DNA of 32,000 nt from Fibrobacter succinogenes subsp. succinogenes S85 (GTDB taxonomy: Bacteria; Fibrobacterota; Fibrobacteria; Fibrobacterales; Fibrobacteraceae). Under the pieces are notes generated by a model. That model was not told the origin of the DNA, did no database searches, and saw nothing but the letters and a program-made list of their open reading frames with translations. Shown here one piece after another: positions 16,674 to 24,798 of this stretch (position 1 is its first letter; every line of letters starts with the position of its first letter). A program made the translations under genes and the position numbers. The stretch is taken from positions 690,001-722,000 of the forward strand of contig NC_017448.1 of the NCBI RefSeq assembly GCF_000146505.1. The letters run 5' to 3'.

Positions 16674-17147
16674 CTACCGGGAAGGCGTCACCACGCGAAA
16701 CTGCCTACTGGCAAGCAACTTGCGACCCGCCACCAAATCGACACTCCATTCGCCAAGTTCGACCAGGTCCGAAGCGAGCATCGAGCTACACACATCGCCT
16801 GTGAGGTTGCAAGTTTCAACAAATATCGTATCAATTCCCAAGAACCAGATATGGACAAGGGTGTCTTCCTGGTAACGTGCAGAATTTGTAATAGACGAAA
16901 AAACGTAAAGTCTCGTGTTCTCTTCGAACACGCTATCGGAACCAAATGGTTCCCCATTCACAATGTGGCGGCAGACAACGCTATTTGCCGGAGAAAGTTC
17001 AATGTCGGAATTATCCGTAAAGTTGACTTCGTCATCGATGAAGAACATGACAAATCGGTGTACAAAGAAACCAAGAAAGACGACTATCGCCAAGACAGTC
17101 GTCTTACGCAAATTTCTCAGTGGCGGAAACTTGCCTGCCACAAGCAC
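16674..17147 (-). CDS. single-pass membrane-anchored small protein (periplasmic domain, possibly DUF2914-like)
   Basis: The 157-aa ORF has one N-terminal TM helix (TTVLAIVVFLGFFVHRFVMFFI). The start is GTG at 17147, or GTG at 17141, which has better spacing to the TAGGAG. It begins 3 nt after the mglB stop. The domain assignment is from memory only. Confidence 0.6.
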   Translation of the reverse strand: MLVAGKFPPLRNLRKTTVLAIVVFLGFFVHRFVMFFIDDEVNFTDNSDIELSPANSVVCRHIVNGEPFGSDSVFEENTRLYVFSSITNSARYQEDTLVHIWFLGIDTIFVETCNLTGDVCSSMLASDLVELGEWSVDLVAGRKLLASRQFRVVTPSR

Positions 17148-17150
17148 CTC

Positions 17151-17576
17151 CTAGCGAACGAGACTGCTCGTATTCTGCGTGAACGCAGGAACGGCGTCCT
17201 CTAGCTTTTCAACCAGCAAACGGTTAAAGTCGTCAATGCGGTTCGGGAGCCTGCCCCCGTTAAACACCTGCACAAGCAGGAGCGACCTGTCCACAGGAGA
17301 AATATAAACGGAACGGTTCTCGCCCGTAAAAGAAACGGACTGGAACTTTTCGCCACCGAGCATCACGCCAATCTGGCGCGAGGAATCAAATGCAGCGATA
17401 CTCAATACCGCAAGAGGAGTAGCATCGAGATCAGAGCCGAGGGAACCGACTTCCGCAATGATATTTCCATCGCGATGGCAAAGAACAACATATTCGCACT
17501 TGACACTTGCCTGATAAGCAGACATCAAGCGACGCACTTTGTTAGCATCATCAGAATAAATTGTATAATCGCTCAT
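17151..17576 (-). CDS. mglB: Roadblock/LC7-family protein (MglB-like GAP partner)
   Basis: I chose the ATG at 17576 (MSDYTIY...), giving about 141 aa with a Roadblock/LC7-like pattern. It begins 24 nt downstream of mglA. The track start at 17588 is TTG. Confidence 0.7.
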   Translation of the reverse strand: MSDYTIYSDDANKVRRLMSAYQASVKCEYVVLCHRDGNIIAEVGSLGSDLDATPLAVLSIAAFDSSRQIGVMLGGEKFQSVSFTGENRSVYISPVDRSLLLVQVFNGGRLPNRIDDFNRLLVEKLEDAVPAFTQNTSSLVR

Positions 17577-17600
17577 ATAACACCACAAACATTTATAAAA

Positions 17601-18542
17601 CTATTTGTCTTTCGGCTTGTACGGACGCAAGACAATTTCATCGTCATCCGTCTGCGTCGGTTTTTCTACAGCCCGGCCAAAGGTCGGCATTCTAGGAACG
17701 GCAGTCGCCACACGCGGGCGAGCAAACGGCGAAGACATGGCACCCTTCTGGAACAAGCCAGAACCGGCACCGCCGGAGTTCGACATATTAGCCTGCGGTT
17801 TTGCGGCAAACGACGGCATGCGGAACGGGGAGGTCGGCTGCTGCGGAGCGGCAGATTCGTTCTGCGGTTTGCCCGCATCGGCATTTTGAGCCGGAGCATC
17901 ACTTGCAGTCGGAGCTGCTGCGGCAGCATTTACAGCGGCCTTACGCAAGAACCCCTGTTTGACGTTAAACTTTTCAATCACCAACATAGCGATCGTCTTA
18001 AGCGTTGTCACGACGCCCTTACCGTTATGGGCTGTCGCCGGGAAGAACTGGATTTTCTTGTCTGGATTGAGCATTTCATTCATCTCATCCAGAGTAAAGA
18101 CGTTGTCCATATCGCGCTTGTTGTACTGCAACACGAATGGGATATCGTCCAAGTTCATGCCATAGTCCTGCAAGTTTTGGCGCAGGTTCTGGAGGCTTTC
18201 CAAGTTTTCGGCCTGACGGGAACGTTGGGAGTCCGCTACAAAGACAATCCCATCGACACCGCGAAGAACGAGCTTACGCGTACTGTTGTAGTAAACCTGA
18301 CCAGGAACGGTATAAAGCTGGAAGCGGGTCTTAAAACCCTTGATGTCGCCCAAGTTCAAAGGCAAAAAGTCAAAGAACAAGGTTCTATCACCTTCTGTAG
18401 CAAGCGAGACCATGTCCGTTCGCTTGTCTTGGGGCATTTTCTGATGGATAACCTGAAGATTTGTGGTTTTACCACTTAAACCAGGACCATAATAAACGAC
18501 CTTACAACTAATTTCTCTTGTAGCAAAATTAATAGACGACAT
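17601..18542 (-). CDS. mglA: MglA-type Ras-like GTPase with a ~120-aa low-complexity C-terminal extension
   Basis: I chose the ATG at 18542 with an AAGGAA SD. The N-terminal ~195 aa align by eye almost continuously with Myxococcus MglA. Shared elements are MSxINxxxREIxCKxVYYGPGLxGKTTNL, DRTLFFDFLP, GFKTRFxLYTVPGQV, VFVADSQ and QYNKRD. The tail is Ala/Pro/Gln-rich. Confidence 0.88.
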   Translation of the reverse strand: MSSINFATREISCKVVYYGPGLSGKTTNLQVIHQKMPQDKRTDMVSLATEGDRTLFFDFLPLNLGDIKGFKTRFQLYTVPGQVYYNSTRKLVLRGVDGIVFVADSQRSRQAENLESLQNLRQNLQDYGMNLDDIPFVLQYNKRDMDNVFTLDEMNEMLNPDKKIQFFPATAHNGKGVVTTLKTIAMLVIEKFNVKQGFLRKAAVNAAAAAPTASDAPAQNADAGKPQNESAAPQQPTSPFRMPSFAAKPQANMSNSGGAGSGLFQKGAMSSPFARPRVATAVPRMPTFGRAVEKPTQTDDDEIVLRPYKPKDK

Positions 18543-18710
18543 TATAATTCCTTGAAACCCAGTACTTAATCTAGTAAAAAAGTTCATTAAACCAAAAAGA
18601 ATTTTTTGATTTTTGCCCTTTTTTAATCAAAATCACAATTTTTTCGTCTACAAGCAGAGGAAATATCCCCCAAGAAACCACCTGCCGTATTTCTTTCAAA
18701 AGTTCAGGAT

Positions 18711-18744
18711 AACAAAACAGACCGATACACAATAGTATATCGGT
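18711..18744 (-). terminator. rho-independent terminator of rpsT
   Basis: The stem accgata (18721-18727) / tatcggt (18738-18744) is followed on the minus strand by CTGTTTTGTT. Confidence 0.6.
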
Positions 18745-18775
18745 TCATTTTGCTTAAAATCTTTTAGGATTCTAA

Positions 18776-19036
18776 TTAAGCGAGGCCGTTGATGACCTTA
18801 GCAACCTTGGCCTTGTAGTTGGCAGCACGGTTGGCGCAGAAACCAGCGCGGTGAGAAACGGCAGCCTTATCGAGCATGCTGAAGAGCTTCGGCATTTCTT
18901 CGAGGGCAGCAGCTTTCGTAGCAGCAGTGCGGATAACCTTGAGGCTGGCACGGATAGCGCTACGAGTGGAACGGTTCATTGCGTTGGCCTTTTCGGCCTG
19001 GAGCAAACGCTTTTTGCAAGACTTGTGTTGAGGCAC
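18776..19036 (-). CDS. rpsT: 30S ribosomal protein S20
   Basis: The 86-aa basic protein begins (M)PQHKSCKKRLLQAEKANAMNRS and ends ...AANYKAKVAKVINGLA, typical of S20. It has a GTG start with a GGAGAA SD 7 nt upstream. Confidence 0.9.
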   Translation of the reverse strand: MPQHKSCKKRLLQAEKANAMNRSTRSAIRASLKVIRTAATKAAALEEMPKLFSMLDKAAVSHRAGFCANRAANYKAKVAKVINGLA

Positions 19037-19216
19037 CTTAAATTCTCCGGGTGAAAACCTACTTAAAAAATGTTAGCACAAAGATAGTAAAAGTTTAAAA
19101 GTTGTCAAGGGGGATTTTAGACGAGAGGTGAGAGACGAAAGACGAGAGATTAAAGCATTTCGTCATCTTGGAGGGAGCGCATGCGACCGATAGGATCCAG
19201 TGAAGTTTTAGTTGGC

Positions 19217-19248
19217 AGAACTTAGCCCGCTTCGCTCTTAGAACTTAG
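19217..19248. repeat. two inverted partial copies of the heptamer repeat (AGAACTTAG, TTAGAACTTAG)
   Basis: 19217-19225 and 19238-19248 are reverse complements of CTAAGTTCT(AA), found in the tandem array 26 nt downstream. Confidence 0.8.
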
Positions 19249-19273
19249 TTTTTTTCTTTTAGAGAGAAGAGAT

Positions 19274-19334
<61 letters not shown>

Positions 19335-19336
<2 letters not shown>

Positions 19337-19340
19337 TATT
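19335..19340 (+). promoter_or_regulatory. -10-like TATATT exactly 7 nt upstream of ATG (leaderless-type promoter candidate)
   Basis: The arrangement is TATATT-tacccgc-ATG with no SD. The same layout occurs at 21395-21380 (minus) and 24786-24801. Confidence 0.4.
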
Positions 19341-19347
19341 TACCCGC

Positions 19348-20433
19348 ATGATTCCGTTTATCAATGTACGTGCACAGCGCGAAGCCTATTTATCCGAATT
19401 TAAGCAAGCCGAACAAGAAGTCCTCGACAGCGGCTGTTTTATCGGAGGGCCGCAAGTCCAAGCGCTAGAAACGGAACTTGCAGAATTCACAGGCGCAAAG
19501 CACGCCATCACCTGCGGTAGTGGAACGGACGCTTTAACAATCGCCCTCCTCGCCCTTGGGCTTGAACCGGAAGACGAAGTCATCGTCCCAGACTTTACCT
19601 TTATCGCCCCCGCCGAATGTGTGATGCGCCTCGGAGGCATCCCGAAATTTGCAGATATCGACGCAGAAACGCTCCAGATCAGCGTAGAAAGCATTGAATC
19701 GTTGATTGGCGAAAAAACGCGCGGGATTATCGCGGTCAACTTGTTCGGGCAGTGCGCCCCGTATGCGGAAATCCGGAAATGCGCCCGCGCAAACAACCTT
19801 TGGCTGATCGAAGATTCCGCTCAGGCGTTCGGGGCCATGCAAAACGGAGTCCCCGCTTGCACGTTCGGCGACATTTCCATCACGAGCTTTTACCCAGCCA
19901 AGCCGCTTGGCTGCTACGGCGACGGCGGAGCGCTCTTCACCGCAAACGATGAACTCGCGAAAAAAATCCGTCTCATCGCAAACCACGGCAGCCAACAGCG
20001 ATACATTCACGAAATCTGTGGCATGAACAGCAGACTAGACGCCCTCCAGGCAGCAGTCCTTCGTGTGAAGCTTCGCCATTTCAAGGACGAGCTCAAGAAG
20101 CGCAGCGAGAACGCAAGCAAATACAACGAATTTTTCAATGCTGTTCCGGGAATCGCGCCGCAAAAAATCGCAGTCGGCAACACGAGCACATATGCGCAAT
20201 ACACTGTATTAGCGGATGACCGCCCTGCATTCCTAAAGCAACTAGAAAACGCCGGAGTTCCGTACTGCATCCACTACCCACAGCCTTTGCACACGCAACC
20301 ATGCTTTAAGGGACTCAATCAAGGGATCGGAAACGGCAATGCCATTGAGGCCTGCCAAAAAGTCGTAAGCCTCCCCATGTGCGCCTTTACAGATGTGGAT
20401 GAGATTATCGCGAGACTTAAGAAAGTAATGTAG
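19348..20433 (+). CDS. DegT/DnrJ/EryC1/StrS-family PLP-dependent sugar aminotransferase
   Basis: The 361-aa ORF has GxFIGGPQV, TCGSGTDAL, EDSAQAFG and SFYPAKPLGCYGDGGA (PLP-Lys) motifs. Confidence 0.88.
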   Translation: MIPFINVRAQREAYLSEFKQAEQEVLDSGCFIGGPQVQALETELAEFTGAKHAITCGSGTDALTIALLALGLEPEDEVIVPDFTFIAPAECVMRLGGIPKFADIDAETLQISVESIESLIGEKTRGIIAVNLFGQCAPYAEIRKCARANNLWLIEDSAQAFGAMQNGVPACTFGDISITSFYPAKPLGCYGDGGALFTANDELAKKIRLIANHGSQQRYIHEICGMNSRLDALQAAVLRVKLRHFKDELKKRSENASKYNEFFNAVPGIAPQKIAVGNTSTYAQYTVLADDRPAFLKQLENAGVPYCIHYPQPLHTQPCFKGLNQGIGNGNAIEACQKVVSLPMCAFTDVDEIIARLKKVM

Positions 20434-20536
20434 GTATGAGCACGGGCCTACGGCCCTTTCAGGTATGAGGTATGGGCGATTGCTCATAGCGAAGCGACCC
20501 CAAAGGGGCTTTGCCCCGACCCCATAGCCCACAGCC

Positions 20537-21382
20537 CTACAACACAAACTTCTCGATAACTTCGGTGATTCCGGAGTGGTTATTGTCGTGCTCGGTCACG
20601 TAATTGGCGACAGCCTTTGCCGCCGGTGACGCATTCGCCATAGCCACCCCAACACCAGCCGCTTCGATCATCGGGCAATCATTTTCTTCATCGCCCACGG
20701 CAATCGTATTTTCAATCGGCTCGTGATAGAAGTCTGCCATATAGCGCACAGCAGCACCTTTGTTCGAAAGCATGTGCGAGAACTCAAGCATTTCAGGCTT
20801 GCTAAACACATCAAACAGCTTGCCCGCCGTGATAGTCCGCATCTCGGCACGGAAATCCACGAGGCTCGAATGTTCAAACGGCGTAATCACGTTCACCTTG
20901 ATAGGCGGCTTGACCACCACATTGATAGGACCGTCATTGCAATTAACCCCACCATAATAATTGCGGATGTCATCTACAACAACATAATCCATTTTCATCA
21001 AGCGGCAATACGTCTTGAGCTGTTCCGTCTCATATTCCGAGACCACCAAATCGCCCGCATACGTATGCGCATGCATTCCGCGCTTGTGAGCCTCGTCCAT
21101 GATGAACTTTACCTGATCCACAGCGATGCGGCGTGTCAAAATCGGCTGTTCGGTTCCGCAGTCGTAGATGAGACCGCCATTAAAGCTCACCAGAAAATAT
21201 CCCGGCTTTAAGAAGCCGTACTTTTCGGCAATGTGCTTTACACTTGTGAGCGGTCGCCCCGTCGTCATCACGAACTTGTGACCAGCCCCGATCATCGCCT
21301 GGATTGAAGCCATGTCCGCCTGGCTAATATTCTTCTCGTCATCGAGGAGCGTGCCGTCTAAATCAGTAAATAAAAGTTTCAT
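20537..21382 (-). CDS. Cof-type HAD-IIB phosphatase
   Basis: MKLLFTDLDGTLL (DxDxT), TGRP and GDEENDCPM motifs are present. I prefer the ATG at 21382 over the GTG at 21385. Confidence 0.85.
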   Translation of the reverse strand: MKLLFTDLDGTLLDDEKNISQADMASIQAMIGAGHKFVMTTGRPLTSVKHIAEKYGFLKPGYFLVSFNGGLIYDCGTEQPILTRRIAVDQVKFIMDEAHKRGMHAHTYAGDLVVSEYETEQLKTYCRLMKMDYVVVDDIRNYYGGVNCNDGPINVVVKPPIKVNVITPFEHSSLVDFRAEMRTITAGKLFDVFSKPEMLEFSHMLSNKGAAVRYMADFYHEPIENTIAVGDEENDCPMIEAAGVGVAMANASPAAKAVANYVTEHDNNHSGITEVIEKFVL

Positions 21383-21389
21383 CACGGCA

Positions 21390-21395
21390 AATATA
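21390..21395 (-). promoter_or_regulatory. -10-like TATATT 7 nt upstream of ATG (leaderless-type promoter candidate)
   Basis: The minus strand reads TTCTATATT-tgccgtg-ATG. It shares the 10-mer TTCTATATTT with the aminotransferase upstream region. Confidence 0.4.
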
Positions 21396-21457
21396 GAAAG
21401 TCCGTCTAGCCAATCCGAAATATTTATTTACATTTTTCAAAAAAGAAGGAAAGCCTT

Positions 21458-22408
21458 ATGCAAATTGACGACTTATTGAAAGAAGCTAAAAGCGTTGCCA
21501 TTTTTGGACACGTACGCCCCGACGGTGACTGCGTGGGTTCTACGCTTGGTCTTTACAACTATATCTGCGACAACTATCCGACCATGAAAACTCGCATTTT
21601 CTTGGAACGGTTTCCCGAGAACTACAAGATTCTCTCCAATTCCAACGAAATTAATGAATTTTACAACGACGAGTTTGGTTCGTTTGATTTAGCATTCCTT
21701 TTGGATTCCTCCACATTCGATCGCGTCGGCGCGAACGGAGAATGCTGCATCAAGGCAGCTAAAAAGACTTGCAACATCGACCACCACGTCAGCAATCCGC
21801 TAAACCTCTGCGACGTCAATTACGTAGATGCAAAGGCAAGTTCCGCATGTGAAGTTCTCTACTTTTTATTGGACCCGAATAAAGTCAGCAAGGCCACCGC
21901 AGAATGTTTGTACCTCGGCATCGTACACGACACAGGCGCCTTCAAGTTCAGCAGCACCGGTCACAAGACGATGATGGTCATTGGTGATTTGCTCGAAAAG
22001 GGCATTGATTTCACCCGCATCATCAACGAGACGTACTACACGAGAACGTACACCCAGACACTCGTAACAGGCTATGTGATGATGAGCAGCAAACTAGCCC
22101 TCGACGGAAAAGTCGTCTACAGCTACATCACACCCGAGGACATGGACCGCTATTCCGTAACTCCGGTTGAACTCAGCAGCGTCATCGACACCTTGCGCGA
22201 AGTCACCGGCACTGAAGTCGCCATATTCCTCTATCCAGTCAACGGCGATTACAAAATCAGCCTGCGCAGCAATTACGTTGTCGATGTCAACAAAGTTGCA
22301 GGAGTTTTTGGCGGAGGCGGCCACGTCCGCGCCGCAGGCGCAAGTTCCAAGGACTCGCCCGAAGAGACAATTGCAAAGCTATTGAAAGTTATCCAGGAAC
22401 AACTTTAG
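21458..22408 (+). CDS. nrnA: DHH/DHHA1-family phosphoesterase (NrnA-like oligoribonuclease/pAp phosphatase)
   Basis: The 316-aa ORF has HVRPDGD, DHH (NIDHHVSN) and GGGGHVRAAGA motifs. A GAAGGAAAG SD lies upstream. Confidence 0.8.
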   Translation: MQIDDLLKEAKSVAIFGHVRPDGDCVGSTLGLYNYICDNYPTMKTRIFLERFPENYKILSNSNEINEFYNDEFGSFDLAFLLDSSTFDRVGANGECCIKAAKKTCNIDHHVSNPLNLCDVNYVDAKASSACEVLYFLLDPNKVSKATAECLYLGIVHDTGAFKFSSTGHKTMMVIGDLLEKGIDFTRIINETYYTRTYTQTLVTGYVMMSSKLALDGKVVYSYITPEDMDRYSVTPVELSSVIDTLREVTGTEVAIFLYPVNGDYKISLRSNYVVDVNKVAGVFGGGGHVRAAGASSKDSPEETIAKLLKVIQEQL

Positions 22409-23025
22409 ACAAAAAATAGCGCGACAGCCAAGAAGACGAAGACCGCACCGCTGAACCAGTTCAGATTGCGGTTCGCCTTCGGCGATGTCAAAAGGAACTT
22501 CTTGACAGTCCCTGCTAAAAGCGCAATGCACCCAAATACAATCATTGTCGCTAAAATAAATTCACCGCCGAAAATAGCCATCTGCAAGCTCGGGTGAATC
22601 GGACGCTCCAAGCGCACCGCCGGCGGAATCAGCGAAAGCACAAAAAGAATCACCTTCGGATTCGTGAGATTCATGATAATGCCACGCATGTAAAGGCTAC
22701 GCGCACTTGTCATTCCCGGCTCCGACCGGGAATCTCCATTCATCTGAACAACGCCGGCTTTCACCCCGAAACTCTTGTACGCGAGATAGAGCAGATATGC
22801 CGCGCCGAGGCACTGGATGACAAAAAACGCCGTCGGGCTAGCCGCAATCAACGCCGAAACGCCCGCCACAAGCAGACAGGTATGAATAGCAATTCCTGTG
22901 CAAAGCCCAAGGATAATGCAAAAACCGAGACGCGCCCCATAGGTAGCGCTCTGGGCAAGCACAAAAAGGTTATCTGGTCCAGGAGCGATCCCAATGACAA
23001 GCGCGGCAATGAAAAATTCAAGCAT
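22405..23025 (-). CDS. LysE/RhtB-family amino-acid exporter
   Basis: The 206-aa ORF is a multi-pass membrane protein. The N-terminal IAPGPDNLFVL motif is typical of the LysE superfamily. Its stop overlaps the stop of the convergent nrnA. Confidence 0.8.
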   Translation of the reverse strand: MLEFFIAALVIGIAPGPDNLFVLAQSATYGARLGFCIILGLCTGIAIHTCLLVAGVSALIAASPTAFFVIQCLGAAYLLYLAYKSFGVKAGVVQMNGDSRSEPGMTSARSLYMRGIIMNLTNPKVILFVLSLIPPAVRLERPIHPSLQMAIFGGEFILATMIVFGCIALLAGTVKKFLLTSPKANRNLNWFSGAVFVFLAVALFFV

Positions 23026-23405
23026 TACAGTTTACTCAAGAAAGCGTCCACGTCGAGGTCCGCAAGGTCTTTTTGCAACGCGTCAAGTTCATCATCCGTA
23101 ATCACAGTGTGATTTTGCTCACGTTCGTCGGCACGTGCATTCGAGACATCGACAAGCTTTTTGAGTGCATTGGCGACCTCGCCCACCGTGCCATCCTGAC
23201 GCATCACGACATTCAAAACCTTCGAAAGTTTTTCACGCAATTTCGAGAACTCTTCGCGGTCTAGCTCAGATATTTCCCCATGATAGCACATCAAGGGGGT
23301 CTGGCACCTAGCACACGGAAACACCATCATATTAGAGAAGTCTCCGTCTATCTGGACCTTAAATTTCGTTCCGCAATGCGGGCATTCGATATCCATTTCA
23401 CTCAT
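23025..23405 (-). CDS. zinc-ribbon protein (CPHC...CARC), function unknown
   Basis: I chose the ATG at 23405 (MSEMDIECPHCGTKFKV...). It has two CxxC pairs and an acidic helical C-terminus. Its stop overlaps the LysE start (TAATG). Confidence 0.6.
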   Translation of the reverse strand: MSEMDIECPHCGTKFKVQIDGDFSNMMVFPCARCQTPLMCYHGEISELDREEFSKLREKLSKVLNVVMRQDGTVGEVANALKKLVDVSNARADEREQNHTVITDDELDALQKDLADLDVDAFLSKL

Positions 23406-23527
23406 ATACCATAATGTAGAATTTTTTACAATTCCTAGCCAAATACAGCAACAATATTTTATCTTTACACAGTCCAACTCGTTTTGTGCTCTCACTATAT
23501 TTTTCCCTATTACCTAAAACCTAAACT

Positions 23528-24676
23528 ATGCTTTGCCACTGGCTATATCAAACAACAAACATTGACCTTTTTGACGGTCGTCTGTTCCGTGCGGGTGTTG
23601 CCGCCATGCTTTCCATCATCCTGGTGCTCTTCTTCATGCCGAAGTACATACGCTTCTTGCAGAGATTGGACGCCACGAGCGATTTCGACAAGGACGGAAA
23701 GACAAAATCGCCTCCGATTATGGGCGGCCTTCTCCTCGTGATTGTCGTTGAAATTGTTTCACTGCTCGTTTGCCAGATGAACGGCTACACCATCTCGACT
23801 CTCGTGATTTTGGCACTGTTCAGCGCCGTGGGCGCCACCGACGATATGGCCAAGGTCCGTGCAAAGCGCCTCGTGAACCAAGGCAAGCTCAAAGCCGCCG
23901 AATACATGGACAAGGCGGACGGCATTTCCAGCTCTCTTAGACTTTTCCTCTACTTCTTGTTTAGCTTTGTCGTTGCCGTTTTCTGCTACAAGTTCATTCC
24001 CGAACTCAAGGGCGATTTGACCATTCCGTTCTGCCCGATTGACGTATTCCAGATCCACCTCCCCAACTGGATTTTCGTTGCCTTCATGACGTTTGTCATC
24101 GCAGCTTCTGCTAACGGAACGAACTTCACGGACGGTCTCGACAGCCTCGTTTCTGTACCGATTCTTACCAGCATGGTGTTCGTTGGACTCGTCGCTTACG
24201 TGAGCGGAAACTTCATCTTTAGCCAGTACTTGAGCGTTCCGTACCTCCCCGGTTGCGACGAACTCTTCCCACTCGCCACCGCCATCGCAGGCGCTTTGCT
24301 CGCCTACTTGTGGTTTAACAGTCCTCCGGCAGAAATCTACATGGGTGATGCCGGCTCCGTCGGCTTCGGTGCAGCAATCGGCATCATGTTCATTCTCGTG
24401 CAGGCAGGGCTTTTCCTCCCCATCGTTTGCATTATCATCATCGCCGAAGCTTGCTCTGTTTTGATGCAAATTACATGGTTCAAGATTACCAAGAGAACGA
24501 CCGGCACCGGCAAGCGCATTTTCCTTTGCGCCCCGCTCCACCACCACTACCAAAAGAAATGGGATGGCCGCTTCCCGAGCAAGCCGCTCATGAACTCCAA
24601 GATTGTGTGGCGCATGCACCTCGTGAGCATCTTCGCCCTCATCTTCAGCATGGTCGTATTCTTCGGTATTAGGTAG
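23528..24676 (+). CDS. mraY: phospho-N-acetylmuramoyl-pentapeptide transferase (MraY family)
   Basis: The 382-aa ORF has PPIMGG, ATDDMAKV, NGTNFTDGLDSL, MGDAGSVGFG and RIFLCAPLHHHYQKKW, which correspond to MraY signature blocks. Confidence 0.85.
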   Translation: MLCHWLYQTTNIDLFDGRLFRAGVAAMLSIILVLFFMPKYIRFLQRLDATSDFDKDGKTKSPPIMGGLLLVIVVEIVSLLVCQMNGYTISTLVILALFSAVGATDDMAKVRAKRLVNQGKLKAAEYMDKADGISSSLRLFLYFLFSFVVAVFCYKFIPELKGDLTIPFCPIDVFQIHLPNWIFVAFMTFVIAASANGTNFTDGLDSLVSVPILTSMVFVGLVAYVSGNFIFSQYLSVPYLPGCDELFPLATAIAGALLAYLWFNSPPAEIYMGDAGSVGFGAAIGIMFILVQAGLFLPIVCIIIIAEACSVLMQITWFKITKRTTGTGKRIFLCAPLHHHYQKKWDGRFPSKPLMNSKIVWRMHLVSIFALIFSMVVFFGIR

Positions 24677-24752
24677 TATGCGGCTTCGCCGCAGTTACTA
24701 GTTATCAGTTAATAGTTACTAGTCAAGCCCCACCGCAAATACAGAACTTGTT

Positions 24753-24785
24753 ATGCCCGCCACCGAGCGGGCATCTCCTTTTTAT
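24753..24785 (+). terminator. hairpin plus T-tract, copy 1 of a repeated 38-nt element
   Basis: The stem-loop atgcccgc-caccga-gcgggcat (8-bp stem) is followed by CTCCTTTTTAT. It lies 77 nt after the mraY stop. Confidence 0.7.
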
Positions 24786-24791
24786 TATATT
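24786..24791 (+). promoter_or_regulatory. -10-like TATATT 7 nt upstream of ATG (leaderless-type promoter candidate)
   Basis: The arrangement is TATATT-acatcgc-ATG(24799) with no SD. It directly follows the terminator T-tract. Confidence 0.35.
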
Positions 24792-24798
24792 ACATCGC

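Noticed and set aside
24748-24798. Shared N-terminal peptide M(L/S)CPPPSGH(L/F)LFI in two track ORFs (24748 and 26185) that could look like a conserved protein motif
   Set aside because: It is simply the translation of the repeated terminator hairpin atgcccgcc(a/g)ccgagcgggcat. The real starts are 24799 and 26228.
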